Source: the human T2T-CHM13v2.0 reference genome, Homo sapiens. Taken from it: a DNA stretch of 64,000 nt. The notes beneath the pieces were generated by a model. The model was not told where the DNA came from, did not search any database, and saw nothing but the letters and a program-made list of their open reading frames with translations. Each line of letters begins with the position of its first letter. The first letter of the stretch is position 1. Location of the stretch: the NCBI RefSeq assembly GCF_009914755.1, contig NC_060938.1, one strand, 5' to 3'. The translations under genes were made by a program, and so were the position numbers. Below are positions 1 through 18,700 of the stretch, in pieces.

Positions 1-1543
1 GACTTTGCTGCCTCCCGACTTCCCTGTGCATTCTTTGGGTCTCTGGAACATAAGCACATTTTTTTGAAAGTGATTTTTTAGTTGACATTGAGTCAAGGAT
101 ATTTGAAAATGAAAAATAAGCATCTGACTCTCTGGCAGGACACTTTGATTCCAGAGCTGGGTAGAGCCCCAGAACCAAGGGAAGAGGGAAAACCCCACTT
201 TCTTTTATATTTTCTTTCTTATATGAAGAGCCACAAGCTCTTCGTATAAAAGAAAGTTCTTTAATAGAAGGGCAAAACAAACAGAACATTATCTCTGCAG
301 AAGGCATCAAGGAGGGATCAAAACTGAGTAGGCTCAGGATGAAGGCATAGAGAAAACTTCTTCAGAGGGATAAGATTTGGGGGGTCAATGCCCAGAAGAG
401 CCCCTGAGTTTATTTCTATTCCAGAGAGTAATCTGAGAAGTGTCAGGGTGACTACAGCCATATCCAGCATGTTCAAGAGCTTGCCTTCTCATCAAGAGAT
501 GTTACCCAAGTCTTTGACTTATTCATTTCATCAATCACTTATTCAGTCTACAATTTCATTGTTGTGTCATGCACATAATAAATATTTCCCTTGAAATCAT
601 ACCTTTCACTTTCTTCCAGGGCTAAGTTCTAAATTCATTGCCTCCTCCCCATTGCTGGGGGTCCGTTAATCAGCTTTATGAGGATTGTTGCTCTTCTGTA
701 CATTGACCTGCATAGAGGAGGCCCAATGGCAGCACAGAGCTAGCTGGAGTCCATCCCCTTGTCTTGCCACGTGGATCTGGCCATTGAATTATCATTGCAC
801 AAGAGATCTATTTCTGCCAATTTTGCTCAGTGTGCCAGAGTGTCTGCTACACTATTAGAATCTGCTCAGATGTCTAACGTTGACTGTATGTGGTTAAGAA
901 CCGTCATTCATTTAACACATATTTTTGGTGCCTCCCACGTACTTAGCACTTCGTAACATGTGACTTTTTGTGCTGAAACTTAAGCAGCAGAGAATCCACA
1001 AGAATGCCTGTACTTCTGAGATCTACACACCAGCAGGGTCTTCAAAATAAAAATAGGACAGTGGCGCCAATGGCACCATAGACTTTGAATCTTCCTTCTA
1101 GGAAAATGGGCAGAGCAACTAGGGTAGAAAAACAAAATATCCTTATGTACAACAAAATCAGAAGGAGGAATCCCATGAACCCCCAAATATGAGTGGGTGA
1201 AGTAGCCCAGAGACCCTCAAAACCACCCAGAAGTGCTGACTGGAACCATGACAGGCTAAAACGTAAGAGGAGCAGAGAAGCTGGGAGGGGTCTCGGCAGA
1301 CCCAGAGTTGAGGTTAGGACACCCTAGGCAGTCTGGACCTGATAGCTCCTGAAACTAACCAGTGAGGGCTTCTTTCCAGGACAAACCCCGCACAGAGGAG
1401 GAACTACAAACTAAGGCTTCAGACTGCAGACTGGGAGAGTAACAGCAAAGGAGAGAAAGACCTAGAACTCTCTACTGCTCAATATGGAACCCTGCCCCAC
1501 CCCGCCCCCCACCCCCCGCCACTGGCCAGATATGGCTACCTAA

Positions 1544-1835
<292 letters not shown>

Positions 1836-1850
1836 AAAATTGAATTTTAA

Positions 1851-2164
<314 letters not shown>

Positions 2165-2309
2165 TTAAAATGGAGTCTCTTAGTTGCATCAGCCACATTT
2201 CAAATGCTTGGCTACTAGCTTCTGCTGTATGGTGGCTGCACTGGACCGTGCAGATGTAGAACAAACCCATTATCACAGAGTTCTGTCGGACAGTGCTGAA
2301 GTTACACAG

Positions 2310-3003
<694 letters not shown>

Positions 3004-3458
3004 TATGAGAAGGGAAACAGAGGCCTCTGAAAGTGAAAGCCCATATTTTGTATCCCTCAAGAAAAACAACAAAAGAGCAAGGTCTTGGGCAGAAAGCTAG
3101 CAAGGACATCTTGCCCATATTCCCTTCCTGACAGTACAGGAACACACACCTCTCTGAAACAGGAGGGACTGGAAAGGATTGCCACAAAATCCCCTACGGA
3201 AAGAAAATTAAATTGTCATCAGATTTTTCAACAGCAATGCTTTCTGCAAAAAAAAAAATTTTTTTTTAATAATAAATTAAAGCTATTCCAGGAAACGAGT
3301 GAAGGATTTTATATCCACACAAATTGAGTCAAGTACAAAGGCTGCAGACAAACTTTTGAACGTGTAAGAAACCCTTACGAATCCTTCCTGAGGAATCCAC
3401 TAGAAATTAACTAAGACAATTGAAATGAGTGGAGTGACGTCAATTAAGACTAGTGCGA

Positions 3459-3775
<317 letters not shown>

Positions 3776-5485
3776 CTAATGCTGAGTATTGCATATATAT
3801 ACATGTATTTAATACATAAAGATCTGCTTAATATACAAAGGTGTTTTGTGCTTAAATATTAAAAATACAGTCAAATAATCAACATGGAGGGAGAATGTGA
3901 AAAGTATTTGAAATAAGCGTGCTTATTGCCTTAGAGGCATTAGTCAATAGTAAAGGATACTGCAAGGAATGAACAGCAGGTGACTCTGTCACTCCCTAAT
4001 GTGCGACCATGGAAATGTGACTTTTCCTCTCGGGTGCTCAGTTATTCCAGCTGTAAGATAGACAGAATAAGATCTTCTGTGCCTAGCCTGTGGGGTATGA
4101 AAACCTGATCAGGACTCTATAAACATCAAGTTTTATTATTTTGAGACCTAGGAAAAAGTATCCTATTTTAGAGCAGAGGAGACTAGAGGTTTTAGCCAAG
4201 GCATGTGAGAAGGATAAGGTGAAGGGACAGCTGAGCTCCTCAAGCCTTTTGCTGCTTCTTAGGAAGATGTCAGCCCTGAATGCTCCCTGGCCTGGGCTGT
4301 GAAGGAGGCAACCAGGCAGCATCAGAAATACGGAAATACAGGGGACACGTTAGGGAAGCGAGCCCCCCGGGACTCTCAAAGCAAACGTGCTACTCCAGAA
4401 GGGCAGGGAACAAGGTGAGCTAGGGGCCAAGAATGCGATGCAAGAAAGGCAAAGTCAGAAGATGGGAGGCCCAGCTGGTGGGCATCACACCAGAAACTGG
4501 AAAAGCATAGCTGGAAGGGAAAAAATCAAACAGAAGGTAGTTATTTGTTGGGGGGCCATACATAGGAGATGCAGGGTCAAGTAGCCCCACTGAAACAAAC
4601 CCAGCTTTGTGCTGATCTCCTAGAGCGACCCTGCTTCCTCCCCAGGCAGGAGGGGACATAAGACCCTCCTATGCACCAGCCAAGCCACATTTGCCAGGTG
4701 CACACCCAAGACCTTTGGAGAAGGCTGGAAGCTGGATCCCCACCCTCAGGGGCCCGGCGTACCATGTGAACCTCTGGGGCTGAGCTGGTCCCTGACACCT
4801 GGTCAAATAAAGTTCGCCCATGGTCCCATCACTGCCACTGTGTCCCTGATTCCCTCTCCAAGGAACCTTGCTCTCCATTTGTCAATTTTAAGTGATAATT
4901 TCTATTCAATCTGATACATATTATAAGAATATAAACAAATGCCTCTCCCCCTATCGGCCCCATAATCACTTTCTTTTATAGCTATCATTTATTACAGGAT
5001 GACAGATGGCCAGTTTGCAGAATTCCAAAGAGGCTCCCCGCCGGCCAGTCACCTGGGAACACGGGAGCATTTACATTTCTCCAAAACAGATGGGAAAGGG
5101 AGGGGGAAGGAGGCAGATTCCTGTCAAAACTTTGGCGCTTTCCAGAATGTGTTTCTTTTGCCTCTCCCTCTATCCCTCTGCCTTTCTCACAGATGGCACC
5201 TTTCCCTTCTCGCCCCTTTCCAAACCTCCCCATGCCCTCCCATTCGTCTATTTCCCGTTAGTGGCAACTGAAACCGCCAGTATGGCGGTCTCGATGGCTG
5301 GAGGCTCACAGACTCTTGGCAGGTCACCTTCTGGGGACTTTTAAGGCCTGCTGTCCGCTACTGCAGCCTACCCTCCTGGCTTGTTATTTGGAATTGGGAC
5401 TGAGGTAAGAGACCAGGGGAGCATGAGAAGTGAGTTGCTTCAGAGGACAGATGCTGGAGCCTGGCTTTTTCACAAAACTACAGAG

Positions 5486-5626
5486 CAGCGGCTCTCAACC
5501 CTGACAGCATGCAAGATCCCCTTAAGGCCTTTTTAAACACATTGATGCCCCACCCAAAACGATTAAATCAGAAAGTCTGGGGGTGGGATCTGGCAAGTTG
5601 TGCAGCTATGGTTGAGAATCCATTGC
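5486..5626. mobile_element. MER5-type hAT MITE
   Basis: CAGCGGCTCTCAACCCTG...TAAATCAGAA...GGTTGAGAATCCATTG terminal inverted repeats. Confidence 0.65.
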
Positions 5627-5904
5627 TGCAGAGCCAAAGCAAAAGGAGATTTTAAGAAGGCAAAAAATGAAGAAGCCATAGAGAGGATAGACTACTGTGT
5701 GCCAGGCATTGCAAGAGTCGCAAAGTTAGAACTCAATGATATATAGTCCCTGTTCCTGGCCCAGCGGGGCGAATGCAAATCAACCGACCACTGCAGTTGA
5801 GAATGGGAGGAGCTGAGAAGGAGCTACGCTGGCTGAGATGGGACCTTAGGGACATCTTCCTACAAGAAGATGGCATCCAGAGTGAAGAATATAGAGGAAA
5901 TAGG

Positions 5905-7705
<1,801 letters not shown>

Positions 7706-8214
7706 AAATAAATGTTATTCTTTATCTCAAAGTTGATCCAAGCTTGTAGCTCAGTTTGGCCTATTTTTATTTTTTTCCATAGGAAACATCCATCCTTCCT
7801 TAGCCCATTGAAGTAACTTAACAGACCCATATCAGACACTGAGGATACATTGTGGTCAATTTCCAGCTGAGAGGCAGGGCTCTGGGGTGTGGAAGTGGCC
7901 CATGCCCTGCAAGCCCCTCTAGCCCATCTATGCCTCAGTCAGAGGGTAAGTAAGCACCTGTCCTTGGAAAATGCCTGGCCTAAGTGTCTTGGGAGAGTCA
8001 ATGGCCAGACCCTGCCCTAAGCACATTACCCTCTAATGATGAGGCAGGACAAATGACCCACCAAAATCACCAAGTAAACAGCACTGAGTGACAAACACAA
8101 GGTACTCTGCTCTGTGTGTGTTGGTCTGGAAGCTGGAAGAAGTCCTGGGATCATGATGGGCACTACAGACAATATCCTTATTTTTTTGGGTGGGCAGAAT
8201 GGACCAGGACTACC

Positions 8215-8513
<299 letters not shown>

Positions 8514-9859
8514 AGGACTATCCTTAAGGTCCCTTCCAACTCTGAAATTTTTGATCCTATGTATATTTGGGGCTAAGTACCCCACATATATATTTAGAAG
8601 ATTGTTTACACCTAAGCTGATGGTTTTGTTCTTAACCTGATTGCATGCCTATGTGCATGACTTTACACAGAAATTAAGGAAAGCCAACGTGCCCCCATCT
8701 GTTCTCTTCTGAGATGATACTGGCCAGGACTAGAACTCTGCCCTTGATGTTATTAGCATCTGGGCAAAGGAGAAATTGACGGGGGTGGCAGCGTTTGAGG
8801 GGATGTGGAGGGACTAAGGTTTCAAGAGATGACCTGTGAAGCACTGCAGATGTAGGGAAGTGTGTAGGAAAAATGGGATGTGGGTGTCCTTGCTGATGTT
8901 AAGGTATGAAGAAGGTTTACCAGGGAGAGTGCGGTGCTTGGTAAAAAGGAACCTCCCACTGAGGATTCCTCTCCTAAACAGGACTGTGACCCACTGGTCA
9001 CCAAAGGAGTCTTTCAAGAGAGGAGACTGGGTCTTGAGGGAGGTGATTCCTGCTGAGGAGTCCAGGCCAGAGCTGACTGAGAAGGGACTAGCTTGAAAGC
9101 AACAGTGAGGATGCGTGGGCAGCTGAAGCAGATGCAATGCAAAGGTGGTAGGTCTGAGAGCTGCACAGCATGGGCCTCTCCTGGATATCGCCTTGGCTCT
9201 GTTCACAACCATGCACTTGGCTCACAGCTTGGCCGGTGGTAAGTGTCTCCAGGCAGGAACTGAATGAATGAAACCGTGATAACAGCTACCATACACAGCA
9301 TAGAGAGTGCCCTCGTAGGCACTGCACCAAGTTGTCTGCACACATTGCGTCACCCTTGCCATGGTGCTGAGAGTTAGGCACTGTTTTTATAGCCGTGTCT
9401 CCCGGGAGGCTGCTGAGGCACACAGTGTGGACTGTGATGGAGGTGGGTGTGACCTTGAGGTCTGATTCTAGATTTCTCACTTGCTCACCCCTCTCTGCTT
9501 TGGTTGGAACTTCCATAACGACTCCAGAGAGTCACTGTTAAATGAGAACATATTTTAATGACCATTTGAAAGATGAAAACCTGAGGTGGAAAGTGAGTGA
9601 TCACTATGACCACATAGCTAATTAGTGACAGAGAGGAGAACTGCCCACAAGATTTTCCCACCCCTCTCTTCTTGTTCCGCTGGGTTACTGGGTGGGGAAA
9701 CAAGTCAGGGGGCTAAGGCATCTGGCCGGCAAGCTTGGAGATGCCTAGCGTAAGGTCCTTGCCCTGGTGGCATCTATAGTGAAAGAGGAAAGGGCATGGA
9801 ACCAGCCCTACAGCTCCTGCTGTGTGCTCAGCAGTAGGTTAATTCCTTTACCTCTCTCT

Positions 9860-10020
9860 CTTACTTACATTTACTAGTTTATTATAAAAGATACAACTCA
9901 GGAACAGCCACATGGAAGAGATGTGTAGAGCAAGGTATAGGGAGGAGGAGATGGTGCACGAAGCATCCGTGCCCTCTCCAGGCACACCACCCTTCCAGCA
10001 TCTTGATGTGTTCACCACCC
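9860..10020 (-). mobile_element. MER21-family LTR fragment
   Basis: GATACAACTCAGGAACAGCC...ATGGAAGAGATG...GCCCTCTCCAGGCA is homologous to 21517-21620 in this window. Confidence 0.75.
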
Positions 10021-11223
10021 GGCTCCGCCTCAATCCTCTTATTTAAAACCTGCAGTAGCTCCAGAATTATGTTTTCTCACCCTTGTTTTATAAAGGAAGA
10101 AGCCAAGGCAAGGAGAGGTCCACCCATGGTCCTGCAGCTGGTTTGGGCACTGGCAGCCCAGTCTGACTCTGGAGCCATGTCTTTGGGGACATCAAGACTC
10201 CTTCTTCTCCCAGTTCAGATGGGGCTTGGGTGGGAGGTGCGGCTTGGGAGGAGTAGGGAGCACACAGACCTCTTGTGTGCACCAGCAGTTTCAGATGGCG
10301 CATTTAATTTTGGGCAAGTATGATTTGGGGAGAGGTGAGCAGAGGTAGAACACCTGGGTGCACCTGTCCCAGCTCCAGCGGTGTAGACTGGAGAAGAACC
10401 TGGCAGTGCTGGGCCCTGGCCCTCCAGACAGTGCCTGGAGGTGGAAGGTAAGTGGTGAAACAATCGCTCCCTGCACCACCTGGTTCAAGGAAGACAGGCT
10501 GGAGAGTGGCACAGCTCTGGGTGAAGCAGAATTCTCTGAATTTTTTTCCTCCCATTTTTCTATCCCCTCTTCTAAGACCATTTTCTTGCTCGGGCCGCAT
10601 CTCTCTCATCCCTTCCTGCTGACCTTGGACTTATTCTACCGTTAATGCTGCAGCCCTGTCCCCGAGAAATCAGAAGCAGCCATCTTCACATTGGTAAATG
10701 GTAAAACGAGGAGAGTGCAGACCCTGCCTGGCTCTGACCTGCAAAGCCCAGGAACTGTGGGCAGGAGCCAGTGGCCGGCTTTGGCCCTGACTGCCTGGGT
10801 GGCCCGGGAGGAGTTACTCATGCTCTGGAACCCCAGCCTGCTCAGGTGTAAAATGTACATAATCCCAGCAAGCCCCTCCAGGAATGAATGTGAGGATGAG
10901 TGACAGATTCTGCGTCCGTGGGGCTGGCCGAGCTTAAGCACTCTCTAAACCCTGCTCTGTGCTCCTGATAGTCCTCACGCCAAGGGATAAAGCCTAAGGA
11001 GTGACTTCTTCCAGAGCTGTGTAGACACAAGACTGAATCTCTAACTGTGAAATTTCAGGAATCAGTAAGCAGATGACACCTGTATTTTAAGAAGCAAGAA
11101 GAGCTTTTTGTTGCTGCTCAATTAATGCTACCTACCAGCCCTGGTCAGGAGAGTCCCAAGTATGTAGAATAATAATAATGATCAATGCTTAAGAAGCACT
11201 TAATGATATGCTGTGTTCAAGCC

Positions 11224-11390
11224 AAGGCTTAGCAAATTTCAGCCTGGGGGCAAATAAGGCCTGCTGCCTGTGTTTGTAATTTGAGTTTCGCTGGGACACA
11301 ACCACACTCACTGGTTTACATTTTGTCTGCAGCTACTGTCCCACTAACTTTGGCAGAGTTAAGTAGTTGCAACAGGGACCATGACCCCTG
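11224..11390. mobile_element. MER58A-like hAT MITE inside a MIR
   Basis: GGCAGAGTTAAGTAGTTGCAACAGGGACC; MIR continues to ~11560. Confidence 0.65.
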
Positions 11391-11600
11391 TTCTAAGGAC
11401 TTGGTGCATTTAATTTTATTTAATCCTCATCATATTCCTAGAAGTAGGTAATATTGTTACTATTGTTATCCCCACTTAAGAGATGAAGAAACTGAGGTCG
11501 GAGAGGTAATGGTAACTAGTAGCTCAAGATCTAAGCATAGGCAAAGCAATGCCGGAATCTGGAATCATAATAACTACAGTGGGTGAGGACTTTCTCTCGG

Positions 11601-11794
11601 ATAGAGTTGCCAAATTTAGCAAATAAAACTACAGGACACTCCGTTAAACTTTAATTTCAAATCAACTATGAAGAATTTTTTTTAGTATAAGTAAGTTCCA
11701 TGCAATATTTGGGACATATTTATACAAGTATCTATTCATTGCTGACCTGAAATTGAAATGTAACTGGATATCCTGTATTTTAACTGGAAACCCT
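11601..11794. mobile_element. MER53 hAT MITE
   Basis: AGAGTTGCCAAATTTAGCAAATAAAACTACAGGAC...TATCCTGTATTTTAACTGGAAACCCT; palindromic. Confidence 0.75.
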
Positions 11795-12218
11795 TTTTTA
11801 GGCAGATGGAGGACTCAGAGGTCAAGTGGATACCATAGCTTTCGGGAGAAGCCAGTGTCCCTGGGAAGGTCTCTTCCCACAGCCAGATCTCTTCCTGGGA
11901 GGCAAGGGGATGGGTCCACCCATGCGTCTCTATCCCTTTATTCCCCCATAAGTTCTCAGGGGTTCTTGGGACCCACTACTCTGTTACGTATAGGCCTAAG
12001 CAGACAAGAGCAGAGGGAAGGCCTCAGGGGAAGCACAAATCCCCTCTCTCCTGTCCAAGGTTTAGTGCCCATCTCCCTTCCCCTAGCAACCTCTGGCATC
12101 CGCTTCTCCTTTCTCCCATCCTCCCCATGGATGGCCCCATCGATAGATTCTCTCTCCCTGAGATTGCACAGGAGTTGTTTAAGGAAGAGGGAAAAAATAG
12201 GGCAAGCCAAAGTGATAG

Positions 12219-12606
<388 letters not shown>

Positions 12607-13787
12607 TAATTTTTAATAGACTGAGACATAAATGCAGCACGATTCACTTTGAACAGGCCACTTGGATTAGATGGAAGTTAATTAAAACAATCCCTCATTT
12701 CTCAGCCTTTAAAACTTCTTAAGTCTCACTTGGGGAAGGGTGCGGCAGGACTTTTTATTACTCTTAGATGGTGTTCAGAAGGCCCATAAATACATCTCCT
12801 CTTCCTGTGATCCCATTAATCTTGCCGCCTCTCCTGCTCCTCTCTGCCAACAATCAGATCCCAGTAAACAACCTCAAGTGAAATTTGCAACTGTCAGATA
12901 AACATTAAAAATGCTTCTCTTGTCCTTTCCCATTGATAGTCCCATTAATATTGTAATGGAACAAAAAGTTATGAAAATGAATGCATGCTGGTTTTGGAAA
13001 TGAATGATGCCGACCGCTGCTGGGATATAGACACACATGCATATGGATGGGCTAGGAAGATCGCAGATGCTGCCCACATCAACAGGAGGCTGCGTGCCGA
13101 CAGGACTAGCCACGTGCACGCCAGGGACCAAGGACACCCGCACACAAAGCTGGGTACACGTGTGCACACACATGTCAGGGTGGAGAGGCTTGTAAATGGA
13201 ATAAAGGAATTTCACCCCAGAAAGGAATTCCACACTCACCACCTGGCTTTAAGCAGAGTAAAATATTGCAGGCTTTTCTATTTTATCATTACGTTTCTCT
13301 TCCCTTATCTATCTGCAGTCAGTGGCTGGGATTCTCTCTAAAGATACTAAGATACCCCATTTGATACGGCTCCCTTGACATTTCTTCCTCATTTATTTTC
13401 CATGAAGAGACCTTTTGAATACACATGCATGCTTTCATGTGCGTGTTTATCTATCTGACGAATGAGCCCTTAAAATCTGAGGGTATAATACATAGGAACT
13501 TTATAAGAAAAAACTTCTTAAGGAGCATTTTGGGTCGAAGAGTCACATTTGATGCAGGAAATGAGTACAAGTGTATGTGTATTTAAGTTCAGTAGGAGAG
13601 TAGACAGTGAAACAAACAAACAAAAATACCCTTTAACTGAAGTCTTTAGTAGAGGGATTTGAATAACCATCTCATCAAGGCCTTGCCTTAGTCTCCAGGT
13701 GGACAGGGAACACTTTGTATCTGCTTCTGATTGTAACCAGCCCTTGGCATAACATCTGGCACTTAGTAGAGGCTCAAGAAATGTGAC

Positions 13788-15088
<1,301 letters not shown>

Positions 15089-15090
<2 letters not shown>

Positions 15091-15216
15091 TATATATAAA
15101 TATATATAAAACATATATAAATATATATAATATATATATATAATATATATATAAATATATATAAATATATATAAATACATATAAATATATATAAAATATA
15201 TATATATATATATAAA
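15089..15216. repeat. (TA)n/(TAAA) microsatellite replacing the L1 poly(A) tail
   Basis: About 125 bp of almost pure T/A directly after the L1 3'UTR. Confidence 0.9.
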
Positions 15217-15568
15217 AGAGAGTGAGAGAGGAAGGATATAAAATGAATACAGAATTACATTAAGTTCTTGCCTAGGAAAGAAGACATACACAAAACTTGA
15301 AAGAAAAGAAGGTGCAATCCTGTAACACGTAATTGGAAGCTGCAGGTTTCCCTGGAATCCACGTGATGGGGATATACAGGTAACAGACTTCATCACCAAC
15401 CCTTTTGAATTGCGGAAGCATAAACATTATAGCAACCATCAAAAGATTTAGTGTATCCCAAAAAGGGCATGGACCTGGTGATAACTTCATTGTCAGTAAC
15501 CTTAGCTAACTGGATGTCATTGCCTTCCAAGAGATACATTGTTCAACTACAGGAAAATTTACAATTAA

Positions 15569-15938
<370 letters not shown>

Positions 15939-16361
15939 TGAAGTGCTACATACTTGGAAAGTTTAAAGGATTTTGGCCTTTAAGAGTAATAGCTTTCAAC
16001 TCTAATTTGCAATGTGAAATTAAAGAATTAAGATTTGGGATTTTACATTGTATGGTGTTGGAACATTTAAGAGAACTTTATGCTCACTTTATTACTTAAA
16101 TTTCATAAATTTTTGATAATTATTTCAGTACTTGAAAAGGTTTTATTTATTAAGTCAGGATATCAAAGTACTTAAGGAAATAAAATATGTTACATTTATA
16201 AATAGAGTTTAAAATACCTGAAAGTATTTAATGAGCTGAATTTTTAAGTGGGACAAAATAGAATTCAAGGGCTCCTTAAAATCATTGCTAAAATGAGGGT
16301 AACAAGATTTATCAACTGACTTACAAATAGAATAATGTAAGCTGATCTTAAAAGCCTACCA

Positions 16362-16725
16362 AAAGATTCCAACACGTTATGACATGGATGAACACTGAGG
16401 ACATTACATTAAGTGAAATAAGCCAGTCACAAAAAGACAAAGACTGGATGATTCCACTTTAATGACATCTCTAAGGTAGTCAGATTCATAGAGGCAGAAA
16501 GTAGAATGGTGGTTAGCAGAAGCTGGAGGGAAGAAGAACTGGGAGTTGAATGGGTCGGGGTTGCAGTTGAGTGGGTGCAGGGTTGCAGTTTTGCAAAATA
16601 AAAAAGTGCTGGTGTTTTGCTGCACGACGATGTGAATATGCTTAACACTACTGAACTGCACACTTGAAAATGGTTAGGATGGTAAATGGATTGTGTGGGC
16701 GTTTTTTTAAGGACAATTTTTTTAA
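16362..16725 (+). mobile_element. L1MA/MB 3'UTR fragment
   Basis: ACATGGATGAACACTGAGGACATTACATTAAGTGAAATAAGCCAGTCACAAAAAGAC...CACTTGAAAATGGTTA. Confidence 0.8.
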
Positions 16726-17382
16726 TGAAAAAAATCCTACAAAAAATTATAACTTTTAAAGTACAATGTTGGTTTATGGCACATTAATACTGAAAACCCT
16801 AAATAACTATTTCCTGCATTAAAAAACCACCCTCAAAAACATAAAAAGCCTCACACCAACCATCTATACGGTGGGGCTAAGCAGGCATGGCTGTGGGATC
16901 ACTACGAGGATGAACGGGGACAGAAGTGAGAACACAGCTCCTCTGCAGTGTCTGCCTCAGACGAGGTGCCCAGCAGAGGTAGCCCCTATTCGTCCTCTTC
17001 CTAGGAGGAGCTCTTCCAGGAAGGGTTGGGAAACACACATGAATGCACCCTTGGGTAACACACATGAATCTCCCAGACGTCTACAGAGAAGTCTTCCCAC
17101 TTGCCCCAGTGACTAGCCAAGCCTGGGTGGCCAGCGAGGTTTTGTGGAGCAAACTCCCCTAGTCCCCAGATCTGAACGGTGCGTCCCTGCACAGCAGCTA
17201 AGGAGAGGAAAGAAGCAAGGGGCACGGCCACCGCTCAGACGCCGAACTGGATGCCAGAATGGAGAGGTGAAGTCAGGCTGCCTAGGGAGGCTGATTCTAC
17301 TGTGTACGGTACTGTGCATGGGGAGACGTGGAAAATGCTGGGCTGCAGGGAGAGGAAAAAGAATTAGCACTAAGAAGGAAGC

Positions 17383-17400
17383 AGAGAGAGAGAGAGAGAG

Positions 17401-17449
<49 letters not shown>
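17383..17449. repeat. Compound (GA)n(GT)n microsatellite
   Basis: About 10 GA then about 23 GT units. Confidence 0.97.
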
Positions 17450-17452
<3 letters not shown>

Positions 17453-17547
17453 ATCTCTAGAGAACATGGCTGCTTTGATTCCCATCAGCATTCTACTTGC
17501 CAGCTCCAGTATCTCAGAAGGTCCAGCTGCACTCCCTGCTGTTGGTT

Positions 17548-17960
17548 CATTAGTTCATTCCACAAATATTTATTGAGGACCCACTACGTGCCGGGCAGTG
17601 TACTGGATGAGGGAGACAAAGTAGCAGACACAAAGAGACAAGGTTGCCATCACATGAGGTTATGTTCCAATGTGTAAGACAGACCACTGATAGGTACAAA
17701 ATAAATGGACTAGGTCATTTTAGATCATGAGAAGTGATAAAAAGAAAAGAAACAGGGAAATGTGATGGTGAGTAATCAGAGGCGGGCATGAGGATGGCCT
17801 GCATTGGATAGGGGTTAGGGTACTCACTGAAAAGAAGACAATTTTTCCTGGGACATTAGCGGTAAGAATGAGTCAGTTATGTCAAGAGCTGGCAGGAAAA
17901 GTCTTCTAGGCAAAGCAAACAGTAAATGCAAAGGCTCTGTGGCAGAAAAGGGCTTAGGTG
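17548..17960 (-). mobile_element. L2 fragment
   Basis: TTCATTCCACAAATATTTATTGAGGACCCACTACGTGCCGGGCA L2 3' end. Confidence 0.75.
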
Positions 17961-18189
17961 TTGTGAAATTGCATTGTATTCTCTCAGGGCTCTCTCTCTC
18001 TCAAGAAAATTTGAGTGAGTTTCTGTTGCTTGTTGCCGAATGAGGGCCTAAAAACACAATTGCTAAATGAACAAACAAGTGTTGCATTTAGTTTTCTATC
18101 AGCTTCATCCCTTCCTGGTCTTCAGCCTTCTGGACCCTATTTGTGTGCACTTTCCAATCACCCACCGTAGCTCTTCCTTTGTGAGGTAC

Positions 18190-18700
18190 CTTAGTAATCA
18201 CAACTCTTTCAGTTGCAAATGACAGAAATCCAACTCAAGCAGTTCAAGCCCAAAGGAAATTTATTGGCTTATCGACAAAGCATTCAGGCACAGCTGGATC
18301 CGGGACTGTAGCCTCATCGTCAGCATTCTGCCCATCCATTTTCAAATCTTTCCTCTGGTTTCCCTGTGTTGACTGTATTTTTACAGCTGACTTTCCCCAC
18401 GTTGTGGCAAAAATGGCCACCGGGAGTTCAGGTTTACATTAAACCAGCACAGCAACCACTGGGGCAAGAGAGGTTCTTACAAACCAAACTAAACCAAATG
18501 AAAATGAGTTTCCTTGGATGAACTTGAGTCATGTGCCCACCCTTGAGCCAGTCACTGTGATAGGCAAGATGAAATATTCTGATTACCAATTGTGGTTTAT
18601 TCATGTCTCCTTCCTCTGGAGCTGGGGTGGGGGGTGGGGGTGGTTTTCCAGAGGAAAATCAGGGTGTTGTTACCAGAATAATGGAGGAAGTATTCAGGAA
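18190..18700. mobile_element. MLT1 (J/K-type) MaLR LTR
   Basis: GTTGCAAATGACAGAAATCCAACTCAA...CATTCAGGCACAGCTGGATCC...GAGTCATGTGCCCACCCTTGAGCCAGTCACTG. Confidence 0.7.

Noticed and set aside
1495-1520. C-rich tract able to form a minus-strand G-quadruplex
   Set aside because: Common low-complexity motif inside MER3 with no functional context.
3010-3440. Possible HAL1/L1ME ORF1 remnant (also 1040-1470)
   Set aside because: Similarity too weak to call from memory.
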